From: Eledone cirrhosa
Taxonomy: Eukaryota
NCBI GenBank assembly: GCA_964016885.1
Contig: OZ024746.1
Coordinates: forward strand, 50,344,001-50,408,000
DNA length: 64,000 bases
Reading direction: 5' to 3'
The number at the start of each line of letters is the position of its first letter. Position 1 is the stretch's first letter. The position numbers and the translations under genes were made by a program. Below the pieces are notes generated by a model, which was given only the letters and a program-made list of their open reading frames with translations, was not told the DNA's origin and did no database searches. Of this stretch, positions 56,301 to 64,000 are shown piece by piece.

Positions 56301-58700
56301 TGATATGTATTTTGTATTTTTCAATAATTTTTCAACGTGTCGAAACACGATGTATAAACGCATTCTTTTGAAAAAAAAACATTTTTTCTAAAAATGATCA
56401 ATTCGTGAAAAACCGAAAAAAATCAATTTTAGAAATCAGAAGTAAATATTTCGAAATGTATAAAAAAATTGATTATTTTAGGTTTTTCACAAATTGATCA
56501 TTTTACACAGTATTTCGAAAAATTGTTTTTATTCAGAAAAGATTGAATTTTTATCTTTCTGATTTCGAAAATTGATATATATTTTGTATTTTTCAAAAAT
56601 TTTTCAACGTGTCGAAACACGATGTATAAACGCATTTTTTTGAAAAAAAAACATTTTTTCTAAAAATGATCAATTTGTGAAAAACCGAAAAAAATCAATT
56701 TTAGAAATCAGAAGTAAGTATTTCGAAATGTATAAAAAATTGATTATTTTAGGTTTTTCACAAATTGATCATTTTACACAGTATTTCGAAAAATTGTTTT
56801 TTTTCAGAAAAGTTTGATTTATTTTCGATTTAGAAAATTGATATATATTTTGTATTTTTCAAAAATTTTTCAACGTGTCGAAACACAATGTAAAAACGCA
56901 TATTTTTGAAAAAAAACATTTTTTCCAAATACTGTGTAAAATGATCAATTTGTGAAAAACCGAAAAAAATCAATTTTAGAAATTAGAAGTAAATATTTTG
57001 AAATGTATAAAAAAATTGATTATTTTAGGTTTTTCACAGATCGATCATTTTACACAGTATTTCGAAAAATTGTTTTTTTTCAAAAAAGTGATCTTTTTTC
57101 GATTTCGAAAATTGATATGTATTTTGTAAAATTGTTTTTTTTCAGAAAAGATTGATTTTTTTCTTTCGAAATATATACTTTCTGATTTCGAAAATTGATA
57201 TATATTTTGTATTTTTCAAAAATTTTTCAACGTGTCGAAACACAATGTATAAACGCATTTTTTTTAAAAAAAACATTTTTTCTAAATATTGTGTAAAGTG
57301 ATCGATTTGTGAAAAACCTAAAAAAATCAATTTTAGATATCAGAAGTAAATATTTCGAAATGTATAAAAAAAGTGATTATTTTAGGTTTTTTCACACATT
57401 GATCATTTTACACAGTATTTCGAAAAATTGTTTTTTTTCAAAAAAGTGATTTTTTTTCGATTTCGAAAATTGATATGTATTTTGTATTTTTCAAAAATTT
57501 TTCAACGTGTCGAAACACAACGTATAAACGCATTTTTTAAAAAAAAAACATTTTTTCTAAATATTGTGTAAAGGTGAAAAACCTAAAAAAATCAATTTTA
57601 GATATCAGAAGTAAATATTTCGAAATGTATAAAAAATTGATTATTTTAGGTTTTTCACAAATTGATCATTTTACACAGTATTTCGAAAAATTGTTTTTTT
57701 TCAGAAAAGTTTGATTTATTTTCGATTTAGAAAATTGATATATATTTTGTATTTTTCAAAAATTTTTCAACGTGTCGAAACACAATGTATAAACGCATTT
57801 TTTTAAAAAAAAACATTTTTTCTAAATATTGTGTAAAGTGATCGATTTGTGAAAAACCCAAAAAAATCAATTTTAGATATCAGAAGTAAATATTTCGAAA
57901 TGTATAAAAATTTGATTATTTTAGGTTTTTCACAAATTGATCATTTTACACAGTATTTCGAAAAATTGTTTTTTTTCAAAAAAGTTTGATTTTTTTTCGA
58001 TTTCGAAAATTGATATGTACTTTGTATTTTTCAAAAATTTTTCAACGTGTCGAAACACGATGAATAAACGCATTTTTTTGAAAAAAAACATTTTATCCAA
58101 AAAGTGATCAATTTATAAAAAACCTAAAAAAATCAATTTTAGATACCAGAAGTAAATATTTCGAAATGTATAAAAAAATTGATTATTTTAGGTTTTTCAC
58201 AAATGGATCAAATTGTTTTTTTTCAGAAAAGATTGATTTTTTTTCTTTCGCAAAAATTGATATATATTTTGTATTTTTCAAAAATTTTTCAACGTGTCGA
58301 AACACAATGTATAAACGCATTTTTTTAAAAAAAAACATTTTTTCCAAATACTTTTTAAAATGATCGATTTGTGAAAAACCCCAAAAAATCAATTTTAGAT
58401 ATCAGAAGTAAATATTTCGAAATGTATAAAAAAATTGATTATTTTAGGTTTTTCACAAATTGATCATTTTACACAGTATTTCGAAAAATTGTTTTTTTTC
58501 AAAAAAGTGATTTTTTTTCGATTTCGAAAATTGATATGTATTTTGTATTTTTCAAAAATTTTTCAACGTGTCGAAACACAACGTATAAACGCATTTTTAA
58601 AAAAAAAAACATTTTTTCTAAATATTGTGTAAAGGTGAAAAACCTAAAAAAATCAATTTTAGATACCAGAATTAAATATTTCGAAATGTATGAAAAAATT
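47400..58700 (+). repeat. 5730-bp-offset duplication built on a 2640-bp higher-order unit
   Basis: Identical ORFs at 47570/53300, 48582/54312, 49846/55576 and 51222/56952 (offset 5730), and at 48582/51222 and 54312/56952 (offset 2640). Private variants include 'atgtatgaaa', 'gaagtaagta' and 'attcgtgaaa'. Confidence 0.88.
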
Positions 58701-61375
58701 GATTATTTTAGGTTTTTCACAAATTGATCATTTTACACAGTATTTCGAAAAATTATTTTTTTTCAAAAAAGTGATTTTTTTTCGATTTCGAAAATTGATA
58801 TATATTTTGTATTTTTCAAAAATTTTTCAACGTGTCGAAACACGATGTATAAACGCATTTTTTTGAAAAAAAAACATTTTTTCTAAAAATGATCAATTTG
58901 TGAAAAACCGAAAAAAATCAATTTTAGAAATCAGAAGTAAGTATTTCGAAATGTATAAAAAATTGATTATTTTAGGTTTTTCACAAATTGATCATTTTAC
59001 ACAGTATTTCGAAAAATTGTTTTTTTTCAGAAAAGTTTGATTTATTTTCGATTTAGAAAATTGATATATATTTTGTATTTTTCAAAAATTTTTCAACGTG
59101 TCGAAACACAATGTATAGACGCATTTTTTTTAAAAAAAACATTTTTTCTAAATATTGTGTAAAGTGATCGATTTGTGAAAAACCCCAAAAAATCAATTTT
59201 AGAAATCAGAAGTAAATATTTCGAAATGTATAAAAAAATTGATTATTTTAGGTTTTTCACAAATTGATCATTTTACACAGTATTTCGAAAAATTGTTTTT
59301 TTTCAGAAAAGTTTGATTTATTTTCGATTTCGAAAATTGATATATATTATGTATTTTTCAAAAATTTTTCAACGTGTCGAAACACGATGTATAAACGCAT
59401 TATTTTGAAAAAAACATTTTTTCCAAATACTGTGTAAAATGATCAATTAGTGAAAAACCGAAAAAAATCAATTTTAGATACCAGAAGTAAATATTTCGAA
59501 ATGTATAAAAAAATTGATTATTTTAGGTTTTTCACAAATTGATCATTTTACACAGTATTTCGAAAAATTGTTTTTTTTCAGAAAAGATTGATTTTTTTTC
59601 TTTCGAAATATATACTTTCTGATTTCAAAAATTGATATATATTTTGTATTTTTCAAAAATTTTTCAACGTGTCGAAACACAATGTATAAACGCATTTTTT
59701 TTTAAAAAAACATTTTTTCCAAATACTTTGTAAAATGATCGATTTGTGAAAAACCCCAAAAAATCAATTTTAGATATCAGAAGTAAATATTTCGAAATGT
59801 ATAAAAAAATTGATTATTTTAGGTTTTTCACAAATTGATCATTTTACACAGTATTTCGAAAAATTGTTTTTTTTCAAAAAAGTGATTTTTTTTCGATTTC
59901 GAAAATTGATATGTATTTTGTATTTTTCAAAAATTTTTCAACGTGTCGAAACACAACGTATAAACGCATTTTTTAAAAAAAAAACATTTTTTCTAAATAT
60001 TGTGTAAAGGTGAAAAGCCTAAAAAAATCAATTTTAGATATCAGAAGTAAATATTTCGAAATGTATAAAAAAATTGATTATTTTAGGTTTTTCACAAATT
60101 GATCATTTTACACAGTATTTCGAAAAATTGTTTTTTTTCAAAAAAGTTTGATTTTTTTTCGATTTCGAAAATTGATATATATTTTGTATTTTTCAAAAAT
60201 TTTTCAACGTGTGGAAACACAATGTAAAAACGCATATTTTTGAAGAAAAACATTTTTTCCAAATACTGTGTAAAATGATCAATTTGTGAAAAACCGAAAA
60301 AAATCAATTTTAGAAATCAGAAGTAAATATTTTGAAATGTATAAAAAAATTGATTATTTTAGGTTTTTTCACACATTGATCATTTTACACAGTATTTCGA
60401 AAAATTGTTTTTTTTCAAAAAAGTGATTTTTTTTCGATTTCGAAAATTGATATGTATTTTGTATTTTTCAAAAATTTTTCAACGTGTCGAAACACGATGA
60501 ATAAACGCATTATTTTGAAAAAAAACATTTTTTCCAAATATTGTGTAAAGTGATCAATTTGTGAAAAACCTAAAAATATCAATTTTAGATACCAGAACTA
60601 AATATTTCGAAATGTATAAAAAAATTGATTATTTTAGGTTTTTCACAAATTGATCATTTTACACAGTATTTCGAAAAATTGTTTTTTTTTCAAAAAAGTG
60701 ATTTTTTTTCGATTTCGAAAATTGATATGTATTTTGTATTTTTCAAAAATTTTTCAACGTGTCGAAACACAACGTATAAACGCATTTTTTAAAAAAAAAA
60801 CATTTTTTTAAAATATTGTGTAAAGGTGAAAAACCTAAAAAAATCAATTTTAGATATCAGAAGTAAATATTTCTAAATGTATAAAAAATTGATTATTTTA
60901 GGTTTTTCACAAATTGATCATTTTACACAGTATTTCGAAAAATTGTTTTTTTTCAGAAAAGTTTGATTTATTTTCGATTTCGAAAATTGATATATATTAT
61001 GTATTTTTCAAAAATTTTTCAACGTGTCGAAACACGATGTATAAACGCATTATTTTGAAATTTGTGAAAAACCGAAAAAAATCAATTTTAGAAATCAGAA
61101 GTAAATATTTCTAAATGTATAAAACCTAAAAAAATCAATTTTAGATATCAGAAGTAAATATTTCGAAATGTATAAAAAAATTGATTATTTTAGGTTTTTC
61201 ACAAATTCATCATTTTACACAGTATTTCGAAAAATTGTTTTTTTTCAATTTCGAAAATTGATATATATTTTGTATTTTTCAAACATTTTTCAACGTGTCG
61301 AGATACGATGGATAAACGCATTTTTTTGAAAAAAAACATCTTTTCCAAATACTTTGTAAAATGATCAATTTGTGA

Positions 61376-61470
61376 AAAACCTAAAATAATCAATTTTTTT
61401 ATACATTTCGAAATATTTATTTCTGATATCTAAAATTGATTTTAGATATCAGAATTGATATCTAAATTTT
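61376..61470 (-). other. Local inversion of loop A followed by iterated foldback copies
   Basis: 'aaaacctaaaataatcaatttttttatacatttcgaaatatttatttctgatatctaaaattgattt' is the reverse complement of the normal loop A and its flanks. Confidence 0.9.
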
Positions 61471-64000
61471 AGGTTTTTCACAAATTGATCATTTTACACA
61501 GTATTTCGAATAATTGTTTTTTTTCAAAAAAGTGATTTTTTTTCGATTTCGAAAATTGATATGTATTTAGTATTTTTCAATAATTTTTCAACGTGTCGAA
61601 ACACGATAAAAAACATTTTTTCTAAAAATGATCAATTTGTGAAAAACCGAAAAAAATCAATTTTAGAAATCAGAAGTAAATATTTCGAAATGTATAAAAA
61701 AATTGATTATTTTAGGTTTTTCACAAACAGTATTTCGAAAAATTGTTTTTTTTCAGAAAAGATTGATTTTTTTCTTTCGAAATATATACTTTCTGATTTC
61801 AAAAATTGATATATATTTTGTATTTTTCTGTTTTTATTCAGAAAAGATTGAATTTTTATCTTTCTGATTTCGAAAATTGATATATATTTTGTATTTTTCA
61901 AAAATTTTTCAACGTGTCGAAACACAATGTATAAACGCATTTTTTTGAAAAAAAACATTTTTTCCAAATACTGTGTAAAATGATCAATTTGTGAAAAACC
62001 GAAAAAAATCAATTTTAGAAATCACAAGTAAATATTTCTAAATGTATAAAAAATTGATTATTTTAGGTTTTTCACAAATTGATCATTTTACACAGTATTT
62101 CGAAAAATTGTTTTTTTTCAGAAAAGTTTGATTTATTTTCGATTTCGAAAATTGATATATATTATGTATTTTTCAAAAATTTTTCAACGTGTCGAAACAC
62201 GATGTATAAACGCATTATTTTGAAAAAAACATTTTTTCCAAATACTGTGTAAAATGATCAATTAGTGAAAAACCGAAAAAAATCACTTTTAGATACCAGA
62301 AGTAAATATTTCGAAATGTATAAAAAAATTGCTTATTTTAGGTTTTTCACAAATTGATCATTTTACACAGTATTTCGAAAAATTGTTTTTTTTCAGAAAA
62401 GATTGATTTTTTTCTTTCGAAATATATACTTTCTGATTTCAAAAATTGATATATATTTTGTATTTTTCAAAAATTTTTCAACGTGTCGAAACACAATGTA
62501 TAAACGCATTTTTTTTAAAAAAAACATTTTTTCCAAATACTTTGTAAAATGATCGATTTGTGAAAAACCCCAAAAAATCAATTTTAGATATCAGAAGTAA
62601 ATATTTCGAAATGTATAAAAAAATTGATTATTTTAGGTTTTTCACAAATTGATCATTTTACACAGTATTTCGAAAAATTGTTTTTTTTCAAAAAAGTTTG
62701 ATATTTTTTCCATTTCGAAAATTGATATATATTTTGTATTTTTCAATAATTTTTCAACGTGTCGAAACACGATGTATAAACGCATTTTTTTGAAAAAAAA
62801 CATTTTTTCTAAATACTGTGTAAAATGATCAATTTGTGAAAAACCGAAAAAAATCAATTTTAGAAATCAGAAGTAAATATTTCGAAATGTATAAAAAATT
62901 GATTATTTTAGGTTTTTCACAAATTGATCATTTTACACAGTATTTCGAAAATTGTTTTTTTTCAGAAAAGTTTGATTTATTTTCGATTTAGAAAATTGAT
63001 ATATATTTTGTATTTTTCAAAAATTTTTCAACGTGTCGAAACACAATGTATAAACGCATTTTTTAAAAAAAAAACATTTTTTCTGAATATTGTGTAAAGT
63101 GATCGATTTGTGAAAAACCCAAAAAAATCAATTTTAGATATCAGAAGTAAATATTTCGAAATGTATAAAAAAATTGATTATTTTAGGTTTTTCACAAATT
63201 GATCATTTTACACAGTATTTCGAAAAATTGTTTTTTTTCAAAAAAGTGATTTTTTTTCGATTTCGAAAATTGATATGTATTTTGTATTTTTCAAAAATTT
63301 TTCAACGTGTCGAAACACAATGTATAAACGCATTTTTAAAAAAAAAAACATTTTTTCTAAATATTGTGTAAAGGTGAAAAACCTAAAAAAATCAATTTTA
63401 GATATCAGAAGTAAATATTTCGAAATGTATAAAAAAATTGATTATTTTAGGTTTTTCACAAATTGATCATTTTACACAGTATTTCGAAAAATTGTTTTTT
63501 TTCAAAAAAGTGTGATTTTTTTTCGATTTCGAAAATTGATATATATTTTGTATTTTTCAAAAATTTTTCAACGTGTCGAGATACGATGGATAAACGCATT
63601 TTTTTGAAAAAAAACATCTTTTCCAAATACTTTGTAAAATGATCAATTTGTGAAAAACCGAAAAAAGTCAATTTTAGAAATCAGAAGTAAATATTTCGAA
63701 ATGTATAAAAAAATTGATTATTTTAGGTTTTTCACAAATTGATCATTTTACACAGTATTTCGAAAAATTGTTTTTTTTCAAAAAAGTGATTTTTTTTCGA
63801 TTTCGAAAATTGATATGTATTTTGTATTTTTCAATAATTTTTCAACGTGTCGAAACACGATAAAAAACATTTTTTCTAAAAATGATCAATTTGTGAAAAA
63901 CCGAAAAAAATCAATTTTAGAAATCAGAAGTAAATATTTCGAAATGTATAAAAAAATTGATTATTTTAGGTTTTTCACAAATTGATCATTTTACACAGTA

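Larger units (their letters stand above)
1..64000 (+). repeat. AT-rich tandem satellite DNA array, ~274/296-bp monomers, head-to-tail, running off both window edges
   Basis: The anchor 'cagaagtaaatatttcgaaatgtataaaaaaattgattattttaggtttttcacaaattgatcattttacacag' recurs through the whole window. 'aggtttttcac' at 324, 620 and 894 gives periods of 296 and 274 bp. No unique sequence was seen anywhere. Confidence 0.98.

Noticed and set aside
47400-57520. Large duplications as pure assembly artefacts
   Set aside because: Copies differ at some sites (e.g. 'tctaaatatt' at 49451 versus 'actaaatatt' at 55181) and in their flanks, which favours real duplication. Read-level confirmation is still needed.
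342-63671. About 120 short ORFs (MIFFGFSQIDHF..., MKNRKKSILEIRSK..., MIILHSISK...) as a peptide gene family
   Set aside because: They overlap on both strands, mostly start at non-ATG codons, and shift frame with homopolymer length. Their F/K/I/N bias follows the A/T tracts, and no domain is recognisable.
1-64000. CRISPR array or integron-like cassette array (palindromic repeats with spacers)
   Set aside because: The spacers are themselves near-identical repeats with no unique content, and there is no cas or integrase gene.

Overview
The whole 64-kb window is one uninterrupted, very AT-rich, head-to-tail tandem satellite array of roughly 230-250 monomers (estimated from length), almost certainly eukaryotic heterochromatin. 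I can support no protein-coding gene, RNA gene, CRISPR array or transposase; all listed ORFs are F/K/I-rich readings of the repeat. The monomer is ~274 bp (short class) or ~296 bp (long class) and is a nested palindrome. Two ~75-bp inverted arms alternate with a ~40-bp short spacer (loop A) and a ~90-110-bp long spacer. The long spacer holds an inverted copy of loop A and a small GC-richer hairpin (TTCAACGTGT-CGAA-ACACGATGAA). Deleted mini-monomers (100, 106, ~129, ~135 bp) have been amplified with the array. Shared rare variants show nested duplications of 275, 567, 647, 1216, 1303, 1477, 2377, 2640 and 5730 bp and a 10.6-kb block re-copied as ~15.3 kb. Two scrambled spots (~13.0-13.2 kb, ~61.0-61.9 kb) carry templated inversions and new hairpins. 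Offsets come from reading diagnostic variants by eye and from ORF-track coordinates, so block boundaries are approximate.
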